Part shown: positions 11,101 through 20,183 of the stretch, piece by piece
How positions within the stretch are numbered: the first letter of the stretch is position 1
Layout of the letters: each line of letters starts with the position of its first letter
Virus record (IMG/VR): IMGVR_UViG_3300044609_000960
Location: 95,263-159,262 of that record
Strand: one strand, 5' to 3'
From: a virus
Length of the DNA stretch: 64,000 nucleotides
Notes under the pieces: model-generated
Databases searched by the model: none
Told to the model about the DNA's origin: nothing
What the model saw: only the letters and a program-made list of their open reading frames with translations
Program-made: the position numbers and the translations under genes

Positions 11101-11129
11101 TCTTCCCTAGTTTTAACTGTTCGAGATGA
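8121..11129 (+). CDS. Baseplate hub-like protein fused to M23 peptidase and phage tail lysozyme
   Basis: N-terminal gpD/gp27-like region; STGPHLH and HNGVD (M23); C-terminal ESRLDP...GIFQW...FERVFER (Phage_lysozyme2-like); GTG start. Confidence 0.75.
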   Translation: MSSLYRCRTRVAYKPFKSERLIVFEERQIQDLSVKLKWNNTFSSMNSQGGESASAYTSGISQSTCQVTLSDPYLTGAAWPALFDAASMYSASNTAQTNNILLRPCEEGQDPIRDKCFPYASIDDRELINSDGTSRPLTDTLAHLVISFWYEVGGTSFGTDYYFRVNRISVSHGANFPSVTLAGVEPKALVFNQNLINVKFDEGMTVEEALKKIAEESGYKASFCVPPTESQSKPYILPRSIIYKGVTPDEAMKKLIGATGGSMLSLPVKEYGNRVSVCSRGEITQSCTVFYLGKGLYESYEINGEPPTTFAQRNSQTGATINEADPYVSASFSADKYSLKEVIKQKRIKALQNVNKVTFQGLFEPCEKRCQGPLSTGYGWKGVGPTVENKKYTQTNLYGIAPSGTKSISYLPGKVQSASGDEGKVVIKTEFWLQICKEDASEKCFGRYIFQESTNLSEVKVKNGDEVKVSQQIGSSTSDKKELVRFYILGHGTDFVTIDPQLVWNWASPAETAADFQDKNAPSSPNQQSNPPSTANGDNLIGRVGSTGRSTGPHLHAEWEDKRPITAAQVFKYVRFGGGNPQVSSTYRSASRPNHNGVDIEADLGTPLYIQGGAGGLNKQEGYSGGFGNNVLISTPEGNMLLAHLQDKSIPSNLPGLTSSDSAGNVSPTISTAASNKALTVETSFKGVPRALRITPGRTILSFITDYDKWVENGGPRGEDPSTDPGVWLPSRFRNWFVNEVEFVWRQGDLRVNVEASSPWGNSIISAPTFPEYLQGQQSAGEFEITKDYYGYIRSIGDLCFPIKKSDTGELTNSCKELCKEAQEFYKQFGSGEGTTTDPGSGAGAGSQTGFPVGKCQYTGTSYDQSKVNKIINAAYAGGIRTNIGLAGVVANAIWESRLDPKARGDNGDAWGIFQWNSRRPGLIAYANSVGGSPDNFDVQMGYFVKELKGSESATIPAVNGASTLAEATRQFERVFERAGVPRIEERIKIAEQIFPSFNCSR

Positions 11130-11806
11130 TACCAAAGGTAATTGCAAGTGGGATAATGGCCGCGGTATTAAACTCGGCTAAAAAGGAACTTCTTGAGACC
11201 GCAAAATCTCAAATCATAAAATCTCAAAAGGAAGCATTACGTAAAGACCTACTTGCTAAAGTCACTGCCCAATACACCAAGGAAGCAGAACATAACTTCA
11301 CCCAATATATCCAGGCCCTCGAATCTGCTAATGTTGAGATTAGTTTTGAAGGGAAGCCAGGACAGGCTTTTATTAATAAGGCACAGTCAGCAGTAAATGA
11401 ACTTGAGAGTTATTTAGATAATCAAAATCCAGACGGGGCTGTGATACAATTCTTAAAAAAACGATATGGGGAAGAGGGAATTAATATTATCACCGGGAGA
11501 CTTTACGCGGGGCATTATGTCGGCAAGAAGTCACAAGGGGTTTATGAAGTTGCGAATAAGATGGGATATGCTGCCCCAGTAGATAAAAGAAAACCTTGGT
11601 TGTCTAGCGAGAAGACAACTCAAGGTCTGGAGGATATGTTGGCAAATGCTGCTAAGGAGATTTTTGAATTAACTTTTGAAGACTTGGATCTATCTTCGGA
11701 TATTGCTCTGTTAAAATTTTCTGGACAGGGATTCAAACCACCTCAAAAAATATCAAATAAACCACCAAAAGGTAAATCTAGTCCTAAGAAGAAAAAGAAA
11801 AAATAA
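11126..11806 (+). CDS. Hypothetical protein (possible neck/tail completion)
   Basis: 226 aa, ATGA-coupled to upstream gene; TGRL...Y...RKPWL faintly like HK97 gp10; lysine-rich tail. Confidence 0.4.
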   Translation: MIPKVIASGIMAAVLNSAKKELLETAKSQIIKSQKEALRKDLLAKVTAQYTKEAEHNFTQYIQALESANVEISFEGKPGQAFINKAQSAVNELESYLDNQNPDGAVIQFLKKRYGEEGINIITGRLYAGHYVGKKSQGVYEVANKMGYAAPVDKRKPWLSSEKTTQGLEDMLANAAKEIFELTFEDLDLSSDIALLKFSGQGFKPPQKISNKPPKGKSSPKKKKKK

Positions 11807-11807
11807 C

Positions 11808-12506
11808 CTAACCATAATACTTAGCACCTTTGGCTAAATTAGCCTTAGCACTTAAGGCTTGAAGTTGAGCATTCATTGCGTGATAATCAAACCAACTCTC
11901 AGCAAGGGTTGTGTCTTTAAAGTAACATTTAGTTCCTCTACAATGTACATCAATCCGTTCCAAATCTATCTTTTCTTCCCTACACCATTCTTCGACTAAG
12001 TTTTTAAATGGATAGGTGTGGTCGATATGGAACTCACCTGAGTTAATGAATTCACCACTCATCGCGCATTTTAATGGTTTTCTTTTGAGTTGGCGATTTA
12101 CACTGAGTCTAAATGTTTTAATTTGAGGCTCGATGATTTGTCTCATCGCTATAAGTGCCTCTTTTTTATTTTGCTTATATTCGGGGATAGCTATTGCCCT
12201 AGGGAAAAGTTCATCAGTGACTTTACCTTTCCCCAGCCAAATTTCCCTCTTAGACCTAGAGGTAATCATCACAATTCCTCTGACGGCCTTACCTTGAAAC
12301 TTCTTATTGCGTATCTTGTACTTTACCTCGCCACGATCTTTAATCGCCTTCCATTTAGGAATCAGATCAATAACCTCATCAAGGAAATCCTTATCTGTTC
12401 CTTTTACAAAGTAGTTAGATTCTGTTCCATAGACAACTTCTGTCCACTTTTTTTCGAACCCTCCCTTCGTGTATTCGTTTCCTTGGATGGATATGACGCG
12501 TCGCAT
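11808..12506 (-). CDS. DCL/DUF3223-like protein with HNH-like C-terminus
   Basis: AMRxxIEPQI, CxxSG, HIDHxxPF, WxxYH, LSxxANL pattern; very basic. Confidence 0.5.
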   Translation of the reverse strand: MRRVISIQGNEYTKGGFEKKWTEVVYGTESNYFVKGTDKDFLDEVIDLIPKWKAIKDRGEVKYKIRNKKFQGKAVRGIVMITSRSKREIWLGKGKVTDELFPRAIAIPEYKQNKKEALIAMRQIIEPQIKTFRLSVNRQLKRKPLKCAMSGEFINSGEFHIDHTYPFKNLVEEWCREEKIDLERIDVHCRGTKCYFKDTTLAESWFDYHAMNAQLQALSAKANLAKGAKYYG

Positions 12507-13189
12507 AGTATAAATTCGATAAGTTGTTCTGAATATTTCTTGATATCATCAGCATTTTTAAGATGAGGATTCTTTCTAACCAAGGTAGATACAGAACGTT
12601 TTTTAACTAAATAGTCAGTAAGAAAAGTTTCATCAACTGGGTCTAGATCAGTGATTTTATGGAGAAGGTCACGATGGCTCATCATAAAGTCCCCCATTGT
12701 CATCTCTGATTCATACTCTGGTTCAATGATGTTCGAGTATTCAGTAACCTGGGAAAAACTCATTGCAAATGCTTGACGTACTGCACGGATTTTTTTAACA
12801 GATACCTGGATTTTTTCGGCGATCTGCTCATCGGTAATGTCTGGATCAGTAGTTGTATATTTCCTAATCTTTAAATAAAGATCGGAATATGATCTGGGGA
12901 TCTTTACCAATCTAGAATTATCTCTGAGATAATTTAGCATATGAAACTGTAAACATCTATTCACCCAGGTAGAAAAATTTGCACCTTTACTCTGATCCCA
13001 AGAGTCATAGATTTTTACAATATACTCAAGGGCGGCGTCTCTAAGTTCTTCATAAGGAAGCCCTGTAAAACTTGAGATTTTTTTCGCTACCTGCGAGGCC
13101 TTCCACATTTGGGAGATGATTTGCTCATCTCGTTCTGATTTTTGCCTACGTGATTTACGACGTGATTGCTTATCTTGTTCTACAGTCAT
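12404..13189 (-). CDS. Phage RNA polymerase sigma factor (SigF/SigB-like)
   Basis: YEEL, WDQSKGANFSTW, YLRDNSRLVKIPR (region 2), region 3 HTH DEQIAEKIQVS. Confidence 0.9.
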   Translation of the reverse strand: MTVEQDKQSRRKSRRQKSERDEQIISQMWKASQVAKKISSFTGLPYEELRDAALEYIVKIYDSWDQSKGANFSTWVNRCLQFHMLNYLRDNSRLVKIPRSYSDLYLKIRKYTTTDPDITDEQIAEKIQVSVKKIRAVRQAFAMSFSQVTEYSNIIEPEYESEMTMGDFMMSHRDLLHKITDLDPVDETFLTDYLVKKRSVSTLVRKNPHLKNADDIKKYSEQLIEFILCDASYPSKETNTRREGSKKSGQKLSMEQNLTTL

Positions 13190-13500
13190 GCTTTTTCGAT
13201 GGCTCCTATGATAAAATCTTTGAGTTGAGACTGAGCTAAAATACCGTCTATGTTTAATCCTAAGAGTTGAGCATCACGATCAAAAACAGCAAAGTTCGGA
13301 GTACCATCGCATTCAATCTGGTCACAAAATGCCCAGTTATCTGATGTTACGTCCCATTCCCCAAATCCCACCGAATAATGTGGGTACTCTTCAGCGATTA
13401 CGTTAGCCGTTTCTGCCCATACAGGTTTCATAGCATTGCATGCCGCGCAACCTGGCTGGTGAAAAAATACAACTCTATATTTAAATTGTTGATCTGTCAT
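13186..13500 (-). CDS. trx: Thioredoxin
   Basis: FHQPGCAACNAMKP (CxxC) and cis-Pro GTP; start chosen at MTDQQ (track start overlaps terminase). Confidence 0.85.
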   Translation of the reverse strand: MTDQQFKYRVVFFHQPGCAACNAMKPVWAETANVIAEEYPHYSVGFGEWDVTSDNWAFCDQIECDGTPNFAVFDRDAQLLGLNIDGILAQSQLKDFIIGAIEKA

Positions 13501-13543
13501 AATGATAAGTATTCCTGCAGGTAATACGTTATGTATTATACCA

Positions 13544-15160
13544 TTAAAGATATTTTGTAGCGGATCCTTTGCTACTTCCCATGGTAGTATTGACTTTACC
13601 CACTTCACTAGAAAGTCTTCTAGATCCACCTCGGTAGAATGGGTCATGGACTAGGCGCGGTAATTCCTTTCTGTCCCCTCCATGGACGGTTCTACCACCC
13701 ATAATCTCATCTCGATAAACGGTCACTCCATACACGAAAGCGTCTACAAAGTCGTCGTTTTTGATAAATGGGAAAGAGGTTAATTCCGCTGTTCTTTCCG
13801 CCAATGAGGGTAGGTTCTCGTAAAGAGAGACGATCCCATCCTCTACAAGCGGGGCAATTGCGTTTGCCCTAAGTACCTTGTCTTTATTAGGTACTAATTC
13901 TTTAATCGAGATATTAATGGTTCTCTTTAGAGTTTGAATCAAAGGGACTCCTTGGGCTCTACCCTCAATATATACACATCTTAGTTTCCAAGTTTTAACA
14001 AGTTGGGGGAAGATCTTCTCAAGATCTGGGAACTCCATTCGATCGAGGATATAATGAATGAGATGAAGTTTACTTTCACGTTTGTCATATCCCCAGATAC
14101 AAATTGCAGTATAATCATTCATCCTATCGGCCTTATAGGCCGTGTCGATAGTGGCATAGATGTAGGAATATTTACTCTTATTCTTTGAATGATACCCAAA
14201 CCAATGTTCTTTAAAGATTGCACCCTGCTCACCGGCTGGTCTGCCTTGGTATAAGGAATTAAAGTCTCTATCGCCGATTGATTTCTTGATCGCCTCAAGG
14301 TTCTCCACAGGAAAAAACTGAGGCCAATGAGACTCACCCAATCTTCTCCCGAGAACATCGTTCTCTTCATCTGTACATAGAGCAGGTACATTAAGCTCCT
14401 TCCAGCCTTCGGGGTCAGCCTTAAGCAATCTACCAATCACATCATCTACATGAAAGCGAGTTCCCATGGAAATGATTCCATGGTTAGGAAGACCACGGGT
14501 TAAGAACTGAGCCTGGGTCCAAGCAAATGTACTCTCCATGACCGTGGGTGAGTTACCATCAGCGAGAAGGTCATCTAGAATCCCAACTCCAGGGAGTTCA
14601 CTGTCATCAATTACGCCAAAACCAAATCCGGTAACGTTACCCCCAGCCGATGCCATCTTAATCAGACCACCATTGTTGTTTCGGATGGCACTTAAATTAG
14701 ATTTATCTCTATCTACCTCGCATTCAGGAAAGAGCCATGCAAAACTCTCATGGGAGATATACTCAATCACTGCTCTAGAGTTTTCGTTGGTGAGTTGGAG
14801 CGCATAAGAGCTCATGATAAATTGGGCAGTGGGGCTCCGACCCATTTGCCATGATGGAAAAACCTTGGAGATAAGCAAAGACTTCCCTGTTCTCGGAGGT
14901 AGGGAGATAGCACTTTGCTTATAATCTTTGTCTCCGTCTCCAATCTTTTGTAGAAAGTTACCGATTACCTCATGGACATGGAATGGTTGAAACTTTCCAG
15001 CAATAGGAACTTCTGATGTTATAAATCGAGCATATGTTAAGAAGTCTGTTCGACATTTAAGTCGAAGGAGTTCTTGTTTGTCTGAAGGTGAAAGGGAAGA
15101 AATATTCCCTTCCATCTCTTTAACAATCTGCCTTTCCTTCGCGGCTTCTACCTTGTTCAT
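13544..15160 (-). CDS. terL: Terminase large subunit
   Basis: PPRTGKS Walker A, ILDD Walker B, GTRFH, LYQG, nuclease IDTA and DDFVD. Confidence 0.93.
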   Translation of the reverse strand: MNKVEAAKERQIVKEMEGNISSLSPSDKQELLRLKCRTDFLTYARFITSEVPIAGKFQPFHVHEVIGNFLQKIGDGDKDYKQSAISLPPRTGKSLLISKVFPSWQMGRSPTAQFIMSSYALQLTNENSRAVIEYISHESFAWLFPECEVDRDKSNLSAIRNNNGGLIKMASAGGNVTGFGFGVIDDSELPGVGILDDLLADGNSPTVMESTFAWTQAQFLTRGLPNHGIISMGTRFHVDDVIGRLLKADPEGWKELNVPALCTDEENDVLGRRLGESHWPQFFPVENLEAIKKSIGDRDFNSLYQGRPAGEQGAIFKEHWFGYHSKNKSKYSYIYATIDTAYKADRMNDYTAICIWGYDKRESKLHLIHYILDRMEFPDLEKIFPQLVKTWKLRCVYIEGRAQGVPLIQTLKRTINISIKELVPNKDKVLRANAIAPLVEDGIVSLYENLPSLAERTAELTSFPFIKNDDFVDAFVYGVTVYRDEIMGGRTVHGGDRKELPRLVHDPFYRGGSRRLSSEVGKVNTTMGSSKGSATKYL

Positions 15161-18035
15161 AATTTATCTGGTCTAAGAGAGATGAGATTTGTTGTTGGTC
15201 AGGTGGCAGATCAAAATACTTTGTGGGCAATGAATTACCTAATAGAGATGAAGGTTCTGGTGGCTCTGGTGAATTTATCTTAGACTCTAAAGAGTCTTTA
15301 AGCACTTTATCTTTGTTATTGGTTGTCTTACATCCATCGAAATTAATTGGAACATCAGGATTGAAGAGTCCAAGGACAATATCCGCTGCCTCAAGGAGGC
15401 CTTCTCCAGGGGAGAGTTGCTTCCATTCCTTATGAGCAGGTTTGAGGGCTTTATTAATTGTTAATGTTGCTTCAGTTCGAGATTTTTTACTTAACTTGGG
15501 AATTTGTTTGATATTTTTGTTTGTAAGTACAAGGGCTGGTGTCTTTGCAACTCCAATTCTTGGACCATCTTTAGTTCCGTCTAAACGTTTAACATACTGA
15601 TAAAGGTCCATAATCGCCCTAGCGTGCTCTGTCATATCTTTTAGGGCTAGAGGAAAATAAGAGAAGTTAGATGAGAAAAATTTTCTCATTGTACGATATT
15701 GAGCATCAATTAACTTTCTCTCAATAGACTCCACCTTAGAGATATTATTATCTGCTTGCTTAAGAGCCTTTTCAATAGCCTCTAACGAATAAATAAGTTC
15801 TGAGAAAAGCTCTGGGAAGTCAGCATTCTTTGCACCCTCCATTCTATCAGCAAGGTCTTTCAACCTACTAACAGCCTTAAGGATTTTTGTTAGATCAAAA
15901 GGATTCTTAACGCATAATTCCTCACCAATCTGAGTAGGAAGAAAGTCAGTGATTGGGTTATTATTATTATCTACTGGATTCCCACTAGGTGAATAGGAAC
16001 TATGCCCACTCTTAAGTACATTGCCACAGGGGTCAAGGAGTCTATTCCCATCAGAATCTACCCCATGTTCTGTCTTTCTACATTTAGGGTCACATGGGCA
16101 ATCCAATCCGCCCCCACCGAATAGTCCCCCAAGGCCGGGTATCCCGCCAAGGATAGATGAGACCGGGTTAATACCAGTAAGAGCAGAAAATGCGCTTAGG
16201 CCTAAACCTGCAGGTCCTAAGAATGAGGTGAATTGCCCACCTAACCCAACTAACTGGAGCGCTGAGGTAGCCAATTGTGGTACACCCTGTAACCCGCCAA
16301 GACTAGGAATGCCTGGTAGGTTAGCAAAATTAGCGGCCATCTGAGCAATTTCACCAAAATCCCCACCAGAAAGTTTCCCTAGAATATCCCCAGAAACCAA
16401 GTCAGTAAGACCACCGATCCCTCCTGCTGTAGAGATAATCTGATTAATAGAATCTGGTAGGGATTGATCCAATGCCCCAACGGCACTACCGATAATATTA
16501 TTGATGGAGAGAGGTTGACCATTTAGAATATCTTTACCAATGTCCCATACAGGGGATACGAATTGTGCTACCTCTGGAGGGAGCTGGGAGAGACCAAGCA
16601 TCGCAGCACTATCAATAGCACCCAATGCTCCACCAGCCATATATGCTGAATATACTCCGGCCACCTGAGAAGGTAGGCCATTGAATGCCTGATTGAGAGA
16701 GTTCTTGCCTATGATTTGCAGAGCAGAGTCAAGAGTATTATTTCGTATACCCCTAGCCAGCACATCCCCTGCTCCTCCAGCAGTGCGAAGAATCGCTACC
16801 AACTCATCATCAATAACACCACCCCTATTTATGGCATTGGTTATCTGTGAAGTTAATGCAGCAATGGATTGATTAGAATTGTTTGCAATCGCAATCTTTG
16901 CAAGGTTGCTAAGCATATCCGCCCCGTTAAATTGCCCTGGAAGAGCATTTGCTGCGATCATTGCTTCCTTCAGGGCCGGATCTGAAGCAATAGGTGCCAC
17001 TGCATTTCCGGCAGCCTTTAAGATTTCTTTACCTGCTTTACCAACAAAATCTTGGGAGGAAGGTGATGCATTTTGAGCTAGGGCCTCCATGGGTTTTTTA
17101 GAAGCCAAGAAGTCCTTTCTGGACATTGGCTTTTCACCCGGATAGAATTGTACTGGTCTCCGAGTACCGGGATGGACCCATTTCATCTGGCCTTGGTAGC
17201 GGAGACAAATCGCCAGCTCAGAGTTATCACCGGGGTCTATGATTGCCTCCATCCCATGATTCTTCTCAGTGCAAGAAGGGAGTGTAGTTCGGAATACTAA
17301 CGGAGGTGAAGATACTGGGCTCCATGAGAAATCACCATTCTCATCCCTACGGCACATTAGCATCGTCGAGCGAAACTTCCGATCCTCCGCAAACTCTCTT
17401 ATCTCCCCCTCAAGTGCCTGAGAGCATTTAGGCATTCCAGACTTCTTAGAAAGATTGGTATTTATCTGCGATTCCACCACTCCAGGATCAAATCCCTTCT
17501 CAACTAGTTTGCCATGGGTAAGGGATTTCCATGCATAGACCGGATCCCCACCTTCTTGGGTATTATTTCTTCTGAGGCAAATAATAACATCTTGATTTAC
17601 CTCATTCTCAAGGAGATACATCCGTCCAGCATTATCTTCATTGCATCTCATACCGGGATCGGAGGCAATACTTCCTGCCTCCATTTGCTCACCAAGTACT
17701 GTGAGTTGGATAGGCGTACCTACACCACTCCCTCTAGGATCTTTATTAAATATCTGACTTACAAATGCGTCGTTAGTATTACCTCCGGCTTTGGAAAGGA
17801 GGCAAGGAGCACCGATATATTGCGAACTTAGTTGGCCCTTATGACTACCTTGTACATACACCCAGTCACTTGTAATCCCCGAGTAAAGTACCTTAACCCT
17901 CCCAAGTCTTTTAGGATCTGACACAGAGACAATAGTCCCAATCTCATTAAATGGATCTCCAAAGGGTCCGCCTATAGCCTCCGAGGTGCGGAGGCTAAGT
18001 TCTTTCATTGTCTGTAGGTCGTCAAAAAATCCCAT
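15120..18035 (-). CDS. Baseplate spike gp5/VgrG/gpV-like protein with long C-terminal extension
   Basis: N-terminal OB-fold signature GTIVSVSDPKRLGRVKV...SDW; Cys-rich repeats; long Gly/Leu/Ala-rich region. Confidence 0.7.
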   Translation of the reverse strand: MGFFDDLQTMKELSLRTSEAIGGPFGDPFNEIGTIVSVSDPKRLGRVKVLYSGITSDWVYVQGSHKGQLSSQYIGAPCLLSKAGGNTNDAFVSQIFNKDPRGSGVGTPIQLTVLGEQMEAGSIASDPGMRCNEDNAGRMYLLENEVNQDVIICLRRNNTQEGGDPVYAWKSLTHGKLVEKGFDPGVVESQINTNLSKKSGMPKCSQALEGEIREFAEDRKFRSTMLMCRRDENGDFSWSPVSSPPLVFRTTLPSCTEKNHGMEAIIDPGDNSELAICLRYQGQMKWVHPGTRRPVQFYPGEKPMSRKDFLASKKPMEALAQNASPSSQDFVGKAGKEILKAAGNAVAPIASDPALKEAMIAANALPGQFNGADMLSNLAKIAIANNSNQSIAALTSQITNAINRGGVIDDELVAILRTAGGAGDVLARGIRNNTLDSALQIIGKNSLNQAFNGLPSQVAGVYSAYMAGGALGAIDSAAMLGLSQLPPEVAQFVSPVWDIGKDILNGQPLSINNIIGSAVGALDQSLPDSINQIISTAGGIGGLTDLVSGDILGKLSGGDFGEIAQMAANFANLPGIPSLGGLQGVPQLATSALQLVGLGGQFTSFLGPAGLGLSAFSALTGINPVSSILGGIPGLGGLFGGGGLDCPCDPKCRKTEHGVDSDGNRLLDPCGNVLKSGHSSYSPSGNPVDNNNNPITDFLPTQIGEELCVKNPFDLTKILKAVSRLKDLADRMEGAKNADFPELFSELIYSLEAIEKALKQADNNISKVESIERKLIDAQYRTMRKFFSSNFSYFPLALKDMTEHARAIMDLYQYVKRLDGTKDGPRIGVAKTPALVLTNKNIKQIPKLSKKSRTEATLTINKALKPAHKEWKQLSPGEGLLEAADIVLGLFNPDVPINFDGCKTTNNKDKVLKDSLESKINSPEPPEPSSLLGNSLPTKYFDLPPDQQQISSLLDQINYEQGRSREGKADC

Positions 18036-18038
18036 GTA

Positions 18039-20183
18039 TTAGTCCTCTTCTACAATCTCTGGCTCAAAAAAACCGTCTCCAACTGCCCATAGATCTGCAG
18101 AAAGATATGCATATTGAATATGTTTATTTAGGTTATCTGGTAACCAATTCTTAGAGATATAATTCACTCTATCCCAAGACTTACCGTCTCTATTATAGTA
18201 GTATGGAACTCTAAAAAATACATTCTTACTATCTTCAACTGAAGTAACTCTAGATACTCCAGCCACTATTTGATTTGAATAGTTGTTAATAGCAAGATCA
18301 GATTCTCCACCTACCTGTAGAATTTCTGACTTATATGGCCATAAGGGAGGAGCATCAATTTCAACATTTCTAAGACCATTCTTTGGCCTTCTAACTAATA
18401 CCTCTGAGGTAGTTCCATCCTCTTTTGTTAAAATTGATGTATTTTTTATTTCAACCTCTTCCTCTGTATGGGCTTTAAGATCGAATATTGAAGATAAGAA
18501 AGCAAATGATAACACACTTCCTTTCGATTCCATAAGACCATTCCATTTACCATCATAAATTTTTATGGAATTTGTTGGAGATAGTGATAGTATCTTAGAA
18601 GTACTATTATATGCTTTTTCTTTGTATAAATATTCGGATGCTAATACATTTGAATTATAAGTAAGAGAACTCACCTCATCAAATTTAATTTTATTACTAT
18701 TATCTTGGGAGGGATATGTCGTCCATAATTGACTCGATATAAAGGGGAATTTATTAAGCGCTTCGCCTTTGGGAGTTTTTATCTCACCAACACCTGGGAG
18801 GGTAAATGTTTTTTCACGATCATACCATCCGAAAGCATTTTCGATCATCGCTACTTTGATCTTTCTTTCCCATCTACCATCCCATAGATCCCCAAATAGA
18901 CCTACATGTTGCGCGAGCCAATCAAGAACCAGCGGAGAACATGTCTCAAGATCGAGATAGTTCTGATAGAAAGATGCAATTTGGTCTTTCTTTGAGGAAA
19001 GAAACTCATCCACCCCACTTGTTAACCATTGAGCTGGGGATTCATTTTCAGAGAATAATGGATCAGAGCGATATGCCTCGGAAATACCTGGCAATCTAGA
19101 GTATACTGGACGCGCTATATCATTCTTAGAGTACTCAAGTACTCCTCTCTTTAGAGAACTTTTTGTTACCTGGATTATATTATTAAAAAGTTCTTTTACT
19201 CGGTTATATACGGTAATAATGAACTTAAAATTATCATGGACTCTTACTTCTTTATAGAGATATTCTTCCTCAATAATTAAAGCGCATTGCTCATACCACT
19301 CAGTAGGTAATGTGGAGAATACCTGTAACATCTCACCTTTAACTTCTTCTCTAACCCCATCTTCATAAAGAACTAAAGAAATGTACCCGTCCGACTTCTG
19401 TGGATAAAGGAGAGTCATGAACGACGAAATAAATCTATCTCTTCTGTTTTCAAGACCTATTACATTTGTCTTAGGAGGATTATTTATCGCATCTAATCTC
19501 TCATCAATCACTCTTATTGCCTGATCTATAAAATCTTCTGAAAAATAATATTTTGGAGGGAGGTAAATTTTTGAATACTTAGAAGCCGGAGCATCGATAT
19601 CTAATGTTAATGGACCGGATTCAGTGAAGGTTATTGCTTTACCTCTAAGTACAGAATGAAGTGATACTTCTTTTTCTACGTTTAAATAATATATCAAAGG
19701 AGCATTAGAATTATATGTATTACTTGACTGATATTTCCACTTCTTATTTCTTACATAACTTAGTTTTCCAATAATACATTTACCAGGATTACAAAGAGTA
19801 TCTTCTCCTTCACCGTCTTTACATATCAATCCTATTCTGGAGCAACTCTCCATTCCACCATGTTCTGTGCCACCAAGCGGATGCCCATGGGCGTAGATAG
19901 GAAATCCACCAAGAGTTGGATCTTCTGAAATTACCTCGGTATTGGAATACGTATGTCCAATGTTTTTATATACAAATCCATCAAGAGTTAAATTGCCACT
20001 TTGAACCGAAATTACTCTATCTCTAGGAGAGTTAATATCTTTTGATTCAAAAACAATATTCCCTAACTTATGAGCAAATATTTTTTGCTTTTTTGTTCTA
20101 TCAAACTCTAAGATAATATGAGCTGAAGAAAGGGAGGGATTATTTTTTCTTGATTGTATACTATCCCAAACTGATAGATTCAT
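18039..20183 (-). CDS. Baseplate wedge/tail protein (P2 gpI-like domain)
   Basis: YSRLP...YLD...LDWLAQHVG...KGS motif; directly downstream of baseplate J. Confidence 0.7.
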   Translation of the reverse strand: MNLSVWDSIQSRKNNPSLSSAHIILEFDRTKKQKIFAHKLGNIVFESKDINSPRDRVISVQSGNLTLDGFVYKNIGHTYSNTEVISEDPTLGGFPIYAHGHPLGGTEHGGMESCSRIGLICKDGEGEDTLCNPGKCIIGKLSYVRNKKWKYQSSNTYNSNAPLIYYLNVEKEVSLHSVLRGKAITFTESGPLTLDIDAPASKYSKIYLPPKYYFSEDFIDQAIRVIDERLDAINNPPKTNVIGLENRRDRFISSFMTLLYPQKSDGYISLVLYEDGVREEVKGEMLQVFSTLPTEWYEQCALIIEEEYLYKEVRVHDNFKFIITVYNRVKELFNNIIQVTKSSLKRGVLEYSKNDIARPVYSRLPGISEAYRSDPLFSENESPAQWLTSGVDEFLSSKKDQIASFYQNYLDLETCSPLVLDWLAQHVGLFGDLWDGRWERKIKVAMIENAFGWYDREKTFTLPGVGEIKTPKGEALNKFPFISSQLWTTYPSQDNSNKIKFDEVSSLTYNSNVLASEYLYKEKAYNSTSKILSLSPTNSIKIYDGKWNGLMESKGSVLSFAFLSSIFDLKAHTEEEVEIKNTSILTKEDGTTSEVLVRRPKNGLRNVEIDAPPLWPYKSEILQVGGESDLAINNYSNQIVAGVSRVTSVEDSKNVFFRVPYYYNRDGKSWDRVNYISKNWLPDNLNKHIQYAYLSADLWAVGDGFFEPEIVEED

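Noticed and set aside
14396-14422. ADPEGW in terminase as another tag copy
   Set aside because: Inside a folded ATPase domain and lacks the preceding hydrophobic pattern
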